Shown: positions 29,768-39,747 of the stretch, in pieces
Layout of the letters: each line of letters starts with the position of its first letter
How positions within the stretch are numbered: position 1 is the first letter of the stretch
Origin: an uncultured delta proteobacterium
GTDB taxonomy: Bacteria > Desulfobacterota > BSN033 > UBA1163
Direction of reading: 5' to 3'
DNA: 64,000 nucleotides
Assembly (NCBI GenBank): GCA_963827685.1
Contig: CAWHBU010000003.1
Coordinates: 224,001 to 288,000, forward strand
Notes under the pieces: model-generated
The model's input: only the letters and a program-made list of their open reading frames with translations
The model's database searches: none
What the model was told of the DNA's origin: nothing
Made by a program: the position numbers and the translations under genes

Positions 29768-30505
29768 TTATAAGGAAATTTGGAAGAATAAGGAAGCATT
29801 GGCTGTCGTCTGTTCTGCTACAGCCGAGGGATCCAACCCCTTAAGCCGGGCCACCTCTTTCAAGGTGATCCGAACATCTTTGGGCCTGGATTCTCTTCCC
29901 TGATAGCTTACGGGTGTGTCTGTTTCCAGCAGAATCCTCTCTATGGGTGCCCGTTTGATTGCCGCTTGATGAGGAGGACTGTAAGCCAAGGCAGGAGTGG
30001 CAGAAATAAAATAGCCTGTCTTCAAGATCTCGTCTAATAGGCCGATGGGTCCGGAATACCAATGAAAGACGGTCCGTTTGATCTTCCTCTTTCTCACCAT
30101 CTCAAATGCTCGATGATGGGAATATCGGCAGTGGATAATCACCGGTTTGTTAGACTCAAGAGCGATACCCAGAAGCTCTCCAAAGACCTTCCACTGCAAC
30201 TCCTTTTTGACTTTGATTTTATAATCCAGCCCAATCTCACCTAAAGCTACCCCTTGCTCGACACGATTCCGGATGAAAGAAAGGTTCGCCTCCACCTCTT
30301 CTTGTCTAATCTCCCAGGGATGATAACCAAGAGCAGGATAGACATATTGAGTATTTGCCTCGGCGATCTTAAGAATCTTTTTATTCGACTCGATATCCAT
30401 TCCTACGGCGATGATACCCCGTACACCTGCTGCCTTGGCCTCATCAAGCGACTCAGAAAGGTCTTCCAGCTCTTCCAAGTGCGCATGGCAATCAACTAAG
30501 GACAT
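29768..30505 (-). CDS. tatD: TatD family hydrolase
   Basis: DCHAH, GYHP, GEIGLD, HCR, ETDTP. Confidence 0.9.
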   Translation of the reverse strand: MSLVDCHAHLEELEDLSESLDEAKAAGVRGIIAVGMDIESNKKILKIAEANTQYVYPALGYHPWEIRQEEVEANLSFIRNRVEQGVALGEIGLDYKIKVKKELQWKVFGELLGIALESNKPVIIHCRYSHHRAFEMVRKRKIKRTVFHWYSGPIGLLDEILKTGYFISATPALAYSPPHQAAIKRAPIERILLETDTPVSYQGRESRPKDVRITLKEVARLKGLDPSAVAEQTTANASLFFQISL

Positions 30506-30801
30506 CTTCCCTGATCTTTCCTTCCGCATCTCACCCTCACCCCTGCCTGCCGGCAGGCAGGCTATCCCTCCCCTTTGGAGGAGAGAAGGTGTGAAAAAAT
30601 TGCTCCCGAGTGTAGACGGCGGGCATGGATGACGAAAAAGTTTTACAGCGGCACCTCTTCAGATTAACCGCTAACAATGAAAAAGTTTAACACATGTTGA
30701 GTACTTACTGGCTTTCGTTACCTTTGCCCTCTCAAATGATCGCATTTGTAAAACTTTGGAGATATCCTTACCCGGCCGGCTCCCACAATTTTTGCAGAGC
30801 T

Positions 30802-32481
30802 TCAAGGGCGGGCGGGGGGGTCGGAGTCGATATCGTAGCACCAGCAGAGCATTCCCCCATCAATATTCCTCACATTCTTAAACCCTTCGTGCTGAAGTTT
30901 GAGGCAGGCTTTGTAAGAACGAAGACCGGACTCACAGTGGACTGCAATCTCCTTTCCCTTGTCGAGTTCACCGAGACGCCTTCTCAATTCTCCGTAAGGG
31001 ACCCAGATCGTATTGGGAATTCGTTTCGCCTTCACTTCCTCTTCTTCCCTGACATCCAATACCTGAAAACTCTCCTTTGAACTTCGAAGCTTCTCTCTCA
31101 CCTCCGAAGCTTCAATCCCTTCTACCTTGCCTTCCAATTTGTTCATGAGCACATTCGCCCCCACGATGACCGGAGAAAGGGCTGGACTGAATGGAGGGGC
31201 ATAAGCGAGATCCACGGAGGCGAGCTGCTGACAGGTCATTCTGCCATGAAGCGCCATGGCCAGAATATCGATGAACTTATCCGATGGACCCTCTCCAACT
31301 GCCTGACCTCCCAGAATCCGGCCTGTTTCCTTATCAGCAATCACCTTTAAGGTTGATTCTTTTCCGCCCGGATAATAGTGGGCACGATCAAACCCTCTGA
31401 CGATGGCCTGAACGGGATGGAATCCTTCCTTCTCCGCCTCTCTCATGTTTAATCCCGTCTTGGCCACATTGAAATCAAAGGTCTTAAAGACTGCTGTTCC
31501 CATCACCCCCGGAAAGGTAGCATTTCCGCCGCAGACATTAACCCCAACCACTCTCCCCTGTTTATTTGCAGTAGACCCCAAGGGGATCCAAACTTTCTTC
31601 CCTGTTATGAGGTTCATCGTCTCTGCGCAATCGCCCGCCGCATAAACCCCTTCAGCACTCGTCTCCATCTTCTCGTTGACCCAGACCGCTCCGGTCTCAC
31701 CAATCTTTAGCCCTGCTTGCTCCGCCAGCTCAACCTGAGGACGAATCCCAAGACTCATCAAAACCCCATTCGCCTCCATTTCACGCGTTATGGTTTGAAC
31801 ATCAGTGACCTTCCCTTCTTTCCCTCTCAATGCTTTAATACCCTCTGAGGTAAAGATCTTCACCCCTTTCTTCTCCAGGTATTGTCGTAGAATGCCGGCA
31901 AAATCTTCATCGAAGAGCGTCAAAATTTGAGGAGCCAATTCAACAATCGTTACATTTTTACCTAAATGAACAAGCGATTCGGCCATCTCAAGTCCGATAT
32001 AGCCTCCTCCGGCGATCACCACATTTTGGATGCCTTCTGATCGAATCTGCTCGAAGATGGCATCGGCATCGAAGATGGAACGGAGATAGAACACGTTCTT
32101 CAGATCAATGCCCTCAATCTTAGGCCGAATGGGATGGGCTCCTGTGGCAATGACTAATCGATCAAACTCATCCGTAAAGGTCTCTCCTGATCCAATTTTG
32201 TGGCCAGAGACGGCACGATTCTGGATATCGATTTTCTCAATCCGGCGGTTCTTCAAAACCTTGATCCCCTCTTGGGCAAACTGACCGGGTGTACGGGAGA
32301 TCAACTCCTGCCTTTTCCTAATCACACCGCTTATATAATAGGGAAGCCCGCAACCAGCATAGGAGATTTCATCCTCCACCTGATAGACGACAATCTCCAT
32401 CTCCGGATCGCATCGCCTGGCCTTAGCAGCTGCCTTCGGCCCTGCCGCCACTCCTCCGATCACAACAAGCCTTTTTTTCAT
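30802..32481 (-). CDS. CoA-disulfide reductase-like FAD oxidoreductase with C-terminal rhodanese domain
   Basis: GGVAAG, SYAGCGLPY, YAPPFS, DVRE...HCESGLRS. Confidence 0.88.
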   Translation of the reverse strand: MKKRLVVIGGVAAGPKAAAKARRCDPEMEIVVYQVEDEISYAGCGLPYYISGVIRKRQELISRTPGQFAQEGIKVLKNRRIEKIDIQNRAVSGHKIGSGETFTDEFDRLVIATGAHPIRPKIEGIDLKNVFYLRSIFDADAIFEQIRSEGIQNVVIAGGGYIGLEMAESLVHLGKNVTIVELAPQILTLFDEDFAGILRQYLEKKGVKIFTSEGIKALRGKEGKVTDVQTITREMEANGVLMSLGIRPQVELAEQAGLKIGETGAVWVNEKMETSAEGVYAAGDCAETMNLITGKKVWIPLGSTANKQGRVVGVNVCGGNATFPGVMGTAVFKTFDFNVAKTGLNMREAEKEGFHPVQAIVRGFDRAHYYPGGKESTLKVIADKETGRILGGQAVGEGPSDKFIDILAMALHGRMTCQQLASVDLAYAPPFSPALSPVIVGANVLMNKLEGKVEGIEASEVREKLRSSKESFQVLDVREEEEVKAKRIPNTIWVPYGELRRRLGELDKGKEIAVHCESGLRSYKACLKLQHEGFKNVRNIDGGMLCWCYDIDSDPPARP

Positions 32482-32799
32482 CTTTCTTCGATCCTCCTTA
32501 GTTTCTTTGTCTCCCCTCGGAGACTGCGTCATGTTCATGCTTGGGGAAGTTACAGAAGGAATCCCGCCCTGCTGGGATCAGGCTCTTCACCTTTAGAATG
32601 CGGTCATTTAGAGTTATGGGGAATCGACCTTCCTGTAATGCAAGCTTTCCACGGACCTGCAGACCAGTAGTTGACCGACAAAAGGTTTCCGCTCTAAAGC
32701 TTCATCACCCGATCCCGGTAGGTCGGGATTCGGTCCGTATTCAGCCTCCACCATCATTATGACAGAGTTTATCGCGAGGGAGGAGGAATTCGTCGCTTC

Positions 32800-33123
32800 T
32801 TATTTAAAGTGTAATGCTAACCAGACGGTTTTCTGCTCAGGGTCTGTCCATTCAACCCGGTGCCGTTGGTGAGGTTCGATTTGGACATAATCGCCGGCGT
32901 TCATAATGAATACTTCCTCTTCATCCTCAAATAACAACCCGGCACTGCCACTTAGCAGGATGACCCATTCCTCAGTATCCTGATCATACCATTCCCCCTC
33001 CGGCGTTGCCTGACCCGCCGAGATGATCCGTTCAAGCTTGAAACCTTCCTTTTTTAGGAGCGTCTCAGAGATTTCATCCTGCATAAAATAAGGGATCCTT
33101 AAAAATATATTGTTGGACTTCAT
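32800..33123 (-). CDS. Cupin domain protein
   Basis: 'ERIIS.GQATP..WYDQ..EWV', 'HRVEWT'. Confidence 0.85.
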   Translation of the reverse strand: MKSNNIFLRIPYFMQDEISETLLKKEGFKLERIISAGQATPEGEWYDQDTEEWVILLSGSAGLLFEDEEEVFIMNAGDYVQIEPHQRHRVEWTDPEQKTVWLALHFK

Positions 33124-33248
33124 TCTCTCCCTCTTGCCCGGAAAAATTCTTCTTGAGCCGTGCTAATTTCCTTGGTTTCGGCCTTAAGGCATTCTGTGGC
33201 TATTTTGTTTACGGAGCCCGCCTTGAGTGGAGCCTGAGCGTTAATCAT

Positions 33249-33608
33249 TTACTCTCTCCTGTATTTCAGCCTGGCCCTCTTCTCTCTTTTTGACTTCTGC
33301 CGTCTCACCTTCTTAATGATCAACTCTTCAGGTGTCAACTCTCCTGACAACTTCTCGATTCTCATAACAAGTTCACGCCTCGCAAGAAATCGATTGAGAG
33401 ATTGATTCCTCTCTTTCATGCATTTCATTTCAATGCCTGTTGGAATATGTTTGAGATAAACGCAGGTGGATGTCTTATTCACCTTCTGCCCTCCCCTGCC
33501 TGAGGACCGAATGAATTTCTCTTCAATGTCCTTCTCATGGATGCCAAGGGCTTCCATCTTTTCTTTAAGCCATCTATTCTTCTCTTCGCTAACAGGGAAT
33601 AAGATCAT
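33249..33608 (-). CDS. RF-1 domain (GGQ) peptidyl-tRNA hydrolase/ArfB-like rescue factor
   Basis: SSGRGGQKVNK; basic C-terminal tail. Confidence 0.85.
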   Translation of the reverse strand: MILFPVSEEKNRWLKEKMEALGIHEKDIEEKFIRSSGRGGQKVNKTSTCVYLKHIPTGIEMKCMKERNQSLNRFLARRELVMRIEKLSGELTPEELIIKKVRRQKSKREKRARLKYRRE

Positions 33609-33728
33609 GAGATTTCCTTCAAATCTTGTTTTATGTGTTTCGTTTGACCAGTGCTTTTCCGATCTTTGAAGACCTTAAAGACAATCTTTCCGGAAACGGT
33701 TGCCCTTCCAACGCTCAGGGTCAATCCT

Positions 33729-34268
33729 CTATTCCTTCCCAGGTAATTTTCCAATGGCCTTCTTGTGGTAACCTTGGTCGGGCTCACTTTTGTGTATAAT
33801 CGTCACTGTCCCATCTTGCTCCAGCAGTGCCCGCTTGATTAAAGGAAGATCCGTGTCTGGATCGAGTTCGTGCTTACGAATCGAACGCTCCAATTCAGCC
33901 CTCGTCATGACCTCGCGCCTCAGGTTTCTTGTGAGGACCTTGCCGTCTTCAATTAACGGCGTGGGCTTGCCTTCGAGAAGCCGTGCTATGCTTGGGAAAT
34001 AAAGCGTGAGGCGTCCAATCAAACCATTTGCACAAAATAGGGCCAATCCACCGATGAGACCTCCGGTCAGAGAATTGTCTGGACCGATCATTGCATTTTG
34101 CAAGACGTTGCTGATTGTTAGCAGAACGATCAAATCAAAGGGCGTCATCTGGCCCAGTTCACGTTTTCCTACTATGCGAAAGGTAATAAGTAGGAAAAAA
34201 TAGACGATCAGCGGCCTTACAATTTTCTCAAGTATCTGAACCTCGGGAATAAACATATTTAGATTCAT
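33729..34268 (-). CDS. DUF421 (YetF) membrane protein
   Basis: 'GKRELGQMTPFDL', 'LEQDG'. Confidence 0.88.
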   Translation of the reverse strand: MNLNMFIPEVQILEKIVRPLIVYFFLLITFRIVGKRELGQMTPFDLIVLLTISNVLQNAMIGPDNSLTGGLIGGLALFCANGLIGRLTLYFPSIARLLEGKPTPLIEDGKVLTRNLRREVMTRAELERSIRKHELDPDTDLPLIKRALLEQDGTVTIIHKSEPDQGYHKKAIGKLPGKE

Positions 34269-34290
34269 CTTTTTCCTCCTTTTGAACTCA

Positions 34291-34887
34291 TCAAGATGGT
34301 CTAACCAGGGCCAAATCGTGTTGGATCCCTTTTCGCACAGCGTTGACGAATGTTTGGAGTTGGTCCCTATTCGTTCTGAGTACGTCGCGTACCTTGCGAC
34401 TGATTTCTAACTGAACGCCTTGCATCAATTTTCCCCGATTGCAAATGTTCATCCGATCAGTCCCCAGCAGCCCTTCTGTTGGAGGTCGAGTCTCAAAACC
34501 GGATGTTTCTAACTGGTGCTTTATTTCCGAACGTAAACCATCGTTGAGACCACCCAGCATCACAAACTCATCTTTCTGATCAATTTGCCCATGCACAGTA
34601 ACCACGATACTGGCCTTTTCGACCGCTTGCAGTGCGCGAGGCTCATCAAAAAGATGGCTCTCTATATGAAGCACACTATTTCCGCCTGCCTTTAGCCCCT
34701 CGAAACTGTAAAAAGAGTAATTCACACCTGCAATAGCTTCTGCAATTTCTGTCGTGGTTGGCTCGATTTTTCCCCCATGAGGGGCGATGATGAGGACACG
34801 TGGATCTCTCAGTGCGATCCTGATTCGATAATCCTGAACTTCCACTTCATGATCGGCAAGCTCTTTAAAATTTTTGTAGGAGGTCAT
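34291..34887 (-). CDS. Poly-gamma-glutamate hydrolase family protein (PghP/DUF867-like)
   Basis: APHGGKIEPTT, HIESHLFDEP, HG, GVQLEIS. Confidence 0.85.
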   Translation of the reverse strand: MTSYKNFKELADHEVEVQDYRIRIALRDPRVLIIAPHGGKIEPTTTEIAEAIAGVNYSFYSFEGLKAGGNSVLHIESHLFDEPRALQAVEKASIVVTVHGQIDQKDEFVMLGGLNDGLRSEIKHQLETSGFETRPPTEGLLGTDRMNICNRGKLMQGVQLEISRKVRDVLRTNRDQLQTFVNAVRKGIQHDLALVRPS

Positions 34888-35346
34888 TTTATCCCCCTAA
34901 AATTGTGGCTTCACGGGAAAGTCCTCCCCGTGAGCGGGACGATATTAATGGAATTACTTTAGCTCGGAAGCTGTCTGCCCTGCCTGTAGCGTCTGAACGG
35001 GGTGTGCGGGCAGCTTCACTATAGCAAAAAGACCTACATTGTCAAACAGATCATGACAACCTTAGGAGAATAAAATTGAATCGTTAGGAGGAGGGCAAGA
35101 GTGGCTTTTGCCAATAAAGATGGAATGCAATTTTATTTTTGTAAAATTCTTATTCGCATTGTGTTCCAAATTGAAAAACGTCCTTGGAAACAGATGAATC
35201 AAAACATTAATAAGCTTCGTATTTCGACTGGGTCTTGTCGCAATTTACATCATTTTCTATGACACCCTCACGGATTATAGGATACGGGTAGGCTCACTGA
35301 CTCTTTAGGGGGTAAGATGATTTCGTAGAGCAAATAGGAGATGTTG

Positions 35347-35607
35347 TCAAGGCATAAATTTTGGACGATGCCTTCTGGCCTTAATCTTTCCTGGGGTAAT
35401 ACCTTCGTTGGGAGAAAAATAGTTCTTGTTGGGTAAGAATTTTGATTTTTCCTTATAAAGACTTTCTAATTTTTCTTCCTGCTGTTCAGTAATCATATTT
35501 TTTTGATCAAAATCATACTCTGTTGATTTGACAAATTGGTCTTCTTTTTGGGTCAATTCATACCGGTTTAATCCTGACAAAACCCACTCAAGTCGTTCCT
35601 TGTTCAT
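35347..35607 (-). CDS. Small hypothetical protein
   Basis: 86-aa ORF with AAGGGG RBS. Confidence 0.55.
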   Translation of the reverse strand: MNKERLEWVLSGLNRYELTQKEDQFVKSTEYDFDQKNMITEQQEEKLESLYKEKSKFLPNKNYFSPNEGITPGKIKARRHRPKFMP

Positions 35608-35702
35608 GGCAAATCCCCTTTTACATGCTGTACATTTAAGTTTACATCTGCTTATTTATGATAATTCTCCCAAAAAGAGTTAACCAAATCAGCTGCCCTT
35701 TT

Positions 35703-35994
35703 TTATTCCCAATTCTCCCGAAAACCCCGAGCGACTCTGGCTTCCTTTACCAGTAAATCCTTTCCCATGAAGTTTTTTCGGTTCAGCATGGAGACAGCCC
35801 TCCGGGCTTCCCATTGGGTAGACATCTCCACGAAGGCAAACCCTCTGGGTTGGCTGGTTTGTCTATCCTTGACGATCTTGACAGACATCACATCTCCCGC
35901 ATTGGAGAAAAGGGGCTCTAAGTTCGGGTTCACTGGCCTGTAAAGGAAGGTTAGCGACATAAATTTTCTTATTTATTTTCGGTTTCCGATTCAT
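35703..35994 (-). CDS. RRM-domain RNA-binding protein, apparent +1 frameshift at about 35914
   Basis: True N-terminus MNRKPKINKKIYVANLP (RNP2) is in another frame; RNP1 RGFAFVEM; span is 3n+1. Confidence 0.85.
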
Positions 35995-36086
35995 TTCTCC
36001 CTCCACCTTAAATTCTCCTCACACATCAATTGCTCCTTTCACAAAAAATTCACGCTGGTAACCCTCACTTAATTTGAAGCCTCCAT

Positions 36087-36128
36087 AAAAAAGCCCGCAA
36101 AGAAGTTGTTTAGAGTTCTTTACGGGCT
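36087..36128 (-). terminator. Intrinsic terminator-like hairpin in the leader of the RRM gene
   Basis: GCCCGTAAAGAA-loop-TTCTTTGCGGGC-TTTTTT. Confidence 0.65.
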
Positions 36129-36356
36129 CAATTCCCTTGGTCGCAGGTTAAAAAGCTCTATGCAACTAATTTTAATTAATTCTACATTTTTATGAACTAA
36201 AAAACAAGAAAAATTACTACCTTTCAGATCACCGGTAAGGAAGTCTGAAAAGATGCCTTTGAGACGGTAAGGAAGTGAAGCTTCCCGGCCACACGCCGGG
36301 GCTTCCCGGGCACGTAGTGGCGAGCGGAAAGCTCGCAAAGGAAATATCGTTTTAAT

Positions 36357-36408
36357 TGTGCCCCTTGCCCCCGCCTACAAGGCGGGGCTTGCGGGGCACT
36401 TGCCGGCC
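36357..36408. repeat. Dispersed palindromic repeat; second copy inverted at 55288-55340
   Basis: TGTGCCCCTTG(A/C)CCCCGC(C)TACAAGGCGGGGCTTGCGGGGCAC. Confidence 0.75.
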
Positions 36409-36518
36409 AACAAATAACTTCAATTAAGAATTGATAAATTAGGAATTGATGGATTGAAGGATTCGGAATTGCTTTAAAAAGTCTGTGGTTTTTTATCCTA
36501 TTGCAGTTGCAGCATTAT

Positions 36519-37802
36519 TTACTGCGGCTGCTTGCCGTTTCGAACCTTCCCATTCTTTTTCTGAGCCGTTACAAGAGGTCTTATTTCTTCATCCTTTGAA
36601 ATAGGAATGGAAAGGATCATCCCTTTTGAAATCGGGGTCGCCTTGGTGAGATGGTTGATTTCAAGCAATGGCTCAAGATCCACCCTGTATAGCTTGGCAA
36701 TTCCTTTCAGGGTCTCTCCTTTTTTGACGAGATGGGTCTTGAATTGAAACTTCTCCAAAGGCTGGAGGATTTCGAAGGCTATCAGAAAGATATCCTTCTT
36801 CCCGAAGGGGATTTTGATTTCATAATCGGTTTCATTGGGAGGCGTAACCCCTCTTCGAAGTTCGGGGTTGAGATCCTTAATCTCCTCAAGTGAGGTGTCG
36901 CAGGCTCTCGCGATGTGAGAGAGATCTGTCAACTCAGGAACCTTCACCTTTTCATACCGAAGAGGCTCCTGGAATTCGACGTCGCTGAATCCATATTTCT
37001 CCGGGTCTTTGCCGATGAGCGCTGCCGCAATCATCAGCGGAACATAATTTTTGGTTTCCCGTTTTAGATACTTGACTTTCGTCAGCTTCCAGAAGTCCTC
37101 TGTCCGGTAGCGTTTCATCGCTTTGACGATCTTGTATTCCCCTGCGTTGTAACCCGCCGCGGCAAGATACCAACAGGCGAACGTCTCATAGAGGTCCTTC
37201 AAGTATTTGGCCGCGGCAATCGTGGACTTTTCCGGATCCCTTCGTTCATCGACCCACCAATTCACCCTTAAACCATATCTTTTCCCTGTCAGGTAGATGA
37301 ATTGCCACGGACCCACGGCCTTGCTCCTGGAATAAGCATAAGGATCGAATCCGCTCTCGATGAACGCCATGTAGACCAGATCTTCAGGGAGGCCGTGCTC
37401 CTTCAAGAGCTTCTTCATGACGGGGATATATCTCCCGGACCTGGCGAGCCAGGTAACAAATTTGTCCCGCATGGTCGTCTGAAAACATAGGATGAACTGT
37501 TCCACTTTTTCGTTGATGACGATGGGGATATCGAAATCGGGTTCTTTTTTACGCTGATCTCCGAGAAGGATCTCTACGTTCAAGCCGTCCCCTTCTTGAA
37601 GATGGAAAGGTTCCAATTCCAGCCGATAGGAAATCGGTTCTTCCTTTCTTAAATAGAATTGGGAACCGTCCTGGGCACCCACATTGGACAGGCACGTCGA
37701 GGACAAAAGCAAGATGATTCCAATCAAAAAGATCTTCTGGATCAGAAGAAACCTCCCTAAGGCGTAAAACGTAAAGGGGTAAAAATGCATTTTTTGTGCC
37801 AT
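36519..37802 (-). CDS. Lytic transglycosylase MltD-like (SLT + LysM)
   Basis: IESGF, AVGPWQF, YNAGE, ETKNYVP, LysM. Confidence 0.9.
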   Translation of the reverse strand: MAQKMHFYPFTFYALGRFLLIQKIFLIGIILLLSSTCLSNVGAQDGSQFYLRKEEPISYRLELEPFHLQEGDGLNVEILLGDQRKKEPDFDIPIVINEKVEQFILCFQTTMRDKFVTWLARSGRYIPVMKKLLKEHGLPEDLVYMAFIESGFDPYAYSRSKAVGPWQFIYLTGKRYGLRVNWWVDERRDPEKSTIAAAKYLKDLYETFACWYLAAAGYNAGEYKIVKAMKRYRTEDFWKLTKVKYLKRETKNYVPLMIAAALIGKDPEKYGFSDVEFQEPLRYEKVKVPELTDLSHIARACDTSLEEIKDLNPELRRGVTPPNETDYEIKIPFGKKDIFLIAFEILQPLEKFQFKTHLVKKGETLKGIAKLYRVDLEPLLEINHLTKATPISKGMILSIPISKDEEIRPLVTAQKKNGKVRNGKQPQ

Positions 37803-37995
37803 GCTAAGATTTTATAACTTATTGACTTTAAATACATTTTACACTCAAAAATCTCTTGCCATGGTTGATAATTGACCGAAATTGGCAGGAATTGACAATT
37901 TGTGCCATTTTAGGCCAAAGGGGTTCGGAATTTAATAATAAAAACTGAGGACTAAGAATCAGGAGGTAATAGAGGTGGCGTGGGTTGCGTTTGTA

Positions 37996-38541
37996 TTAGT
38001 GTCTCAAAGCGATAACACGAATAACGGCTGAGGCAATAACCATCAAGAAGGAAGGCAGCCACACCCATAAAAGCTCACTTTTGATCACAGCTAAGCCCCA
38101 TCTGCCAAAGAAAGAGACAACACCAATCGGTGAGACCATGATTGGCCTCCACGGAAAGAAATACCTTGTCTGATCGAAAGGAGACAACAGAGCAATACCC
38201 AAACCTCCATTCGTAAAGGCGTCGAGGATGCCATGACTTGCTGATAACGAGAAAAAGAAAATCAGATAGAAGAACCACTCTTTAGAAAACATCTCTATGT
38301 CAGGTAAGAAAACACAAACAAGAAAGATGCTCAATAACAAACCGAAAAAGGGTGAATGGAAGAATCCTCTGTGCCCAAAGAGATGTTGGTATGGGATGCC
38401 GAAGGAAAATGCGATGACGTCGGCGTCGGGAATCACTGAACAGATCAGGGAGAGAGACCAAAAACGATTGGTCACATCTCGGGGTGCAAAGGTTATTCCG
38501 GCAGCAACTCCAACCACTGCATGCGAAACTACTGAAGGCAA
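37996..38541 (-). CDS. Membrane metal-dependent hydrolase (YdjM/YbcI family)
   Basis: SH, PDAD, HRGFFHS, SHGILD. Confidence 0.88.
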   Translation of the reverse strand: MPSVVSHAVVGVAAGITFAPRDVTNRFWSLSLICSVIPDADVIAFSFGIPYQHLFGHRGFFHSPFFGLLLSIFLVCVFLPDIEMFSKEWFFYLIFFFSLSASHGILDAFTNGGLGIALLSPFDQTRYFFPWRPIMVSPIGVVSFFGRWGLAVIKSELLWVWLPSFLMVIASAVIRVIALRH

Positions 38542-38566
38542 AAGAGGCCCCCTCTAAACGTTCCCA

Positions 38567-39451
38567 TTAGGCTTTCCCTAAATCTTTTCCCGTTATTTTC
38601 CAGAGGATTTCCTCTATTTCGGAAGAGAGCTTAGGCATTCCCTCCCCTTCCTTTGTTTTGATCCGAACGTCATACATGGTCTCAAGTTGAGGGAGGAGAT
38701 TCTTCAGTTCTGGTGTTCTTTCCACTTTCTGGCTGATGAGACTGCGCTGCTCAAGAGCCCTCTCAAAGTCTTTCTTGTCAATGGGAATGTTATAGAGCAA
38801 ATTCAAAATTTCCATCAGCCGCAACTTTCCCAAATAATCCTCTTCCAAAACAAAATATTGGGGCAGAGAGACGATAAACCAAATCGTCTCAATACCAAAC
38901 GCTGGGGCCTTTTGACTAATCAAAATGGTAATGGTCGTCGGACCTTGATAACGACTCGGCAGGGCTCCGGATTTCTTTAAATCCTGCTCCGCTTCCATCC
39001 CTATTGCTCCCCCATTGACAATCAGAGGCCTGGTATGAGGAACCACATCATACATGCTCCCTAAAAGAATATATTTCTTCACTTTGAGAGTTTTGAGAAG
39101 TTTTAAAATAGAATCGACGTAAATTTCGGATAGGGCATGAGGTTCGAGAAGGTGAAGGAAGAGAAGGTCATGTCCTCCTTCCCTTTTAGCGTAATGAAGG
39201 GTCACGTTGGGAATGGATACTCGGCGAATGCCCTCTTCCAGATAAAGAGTCGGGCGGTACCGGGTAAAATCGAAAAAGTGACCAGGTTTAGCAAGCCCGG
39301 CCAATTCCTCAGCTCCCAGTTGGGTCTCCAATTCGTTCAGGACCAACGTTCCAACATTATTCACATCTATCCACGGCCGAAGGATGGCAAAGACATAGGG
39401 ATCGTTCAGTTCCGGTATAGGTTCTTTTACCTCAAAAGCACCAATTCTCAC
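38567..39451 (-). CDS. PAC2 (proteasome assembly chaperone-like) family protein
   Basis: 'WIDVNNVG', 'FFDFTRYRP', 'EPH', 'VPHTRP', 'YQGPT'. Confidence 0.75.
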   Translation of the reverse strand: MRIGAFEVKEPIPELNDPYVFAILRPWIDVNNVGTLVLNELETQLGAEELAGLAKPGHFFDFTRYRPTLYLEEGIRRVSIPNVTLHYAKREGGHDLLFLHLLEPHALSEIYVDSILKLLKTLKVKKYILLGSMYDVVPHTRPLIVNGGAIGMEAEQDLKKSGALPSRYQGPTTITILISQKAPAFGIETIWFIVSLPQYFVLEEDYLGKLRLMEILNLLYNIPIDKKDFERALEQRSLISQKVERTPELKNLLPQLETMYDVRIKTKEGEGMPKLSSEIEEILWKITGKDLGKA

Positions 39452-39747
39452 TTTCTATCCCTCCAGTAGCAATTGCCTATATAAACTATTATAAAAGAAT
39501 ATTGTTATCTCGGAAACTAAATCTTTGCATCCCTCAACCACTCTCACCTTTCAATCTTTCTGGGGTGCATTTGAGGAACGCCTTGTTCAGTGTCTGCTCT
39601 CGTTGAGGGGTGCTCTATATTAGGAGTATTACACTTAAGACATGGAGGAGGGTGTAAATTTTTGATCATAAGCCGTAAAGCCTAAGGAGTTGGAGCTTAG
39701 GTGGCGCGGCGTTTAGGATAAGGAGGGGGTCCGCTTTTCGTTGTCAT

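Noticed and set aside
32683-32710. Hammerhead-like 'GTGATGA...GAAA' on the minus strand
   Set aside because: The core needs CUGAUGA and properly flanking stems I and III, which are not met
32725-32753. 'CAGCCTCCACCA' resembling a tmRNA/tRNA 3' end on the + strand
   Set aside because: No TTCGA T-arm and no matching 5' acceptor strand
34905-35020. Two hairpins upstream of the PghP-like gene as a c-di-GMP riboswitch
   Set aside because: GEMM consensus motifs are absent; insufficient evidence
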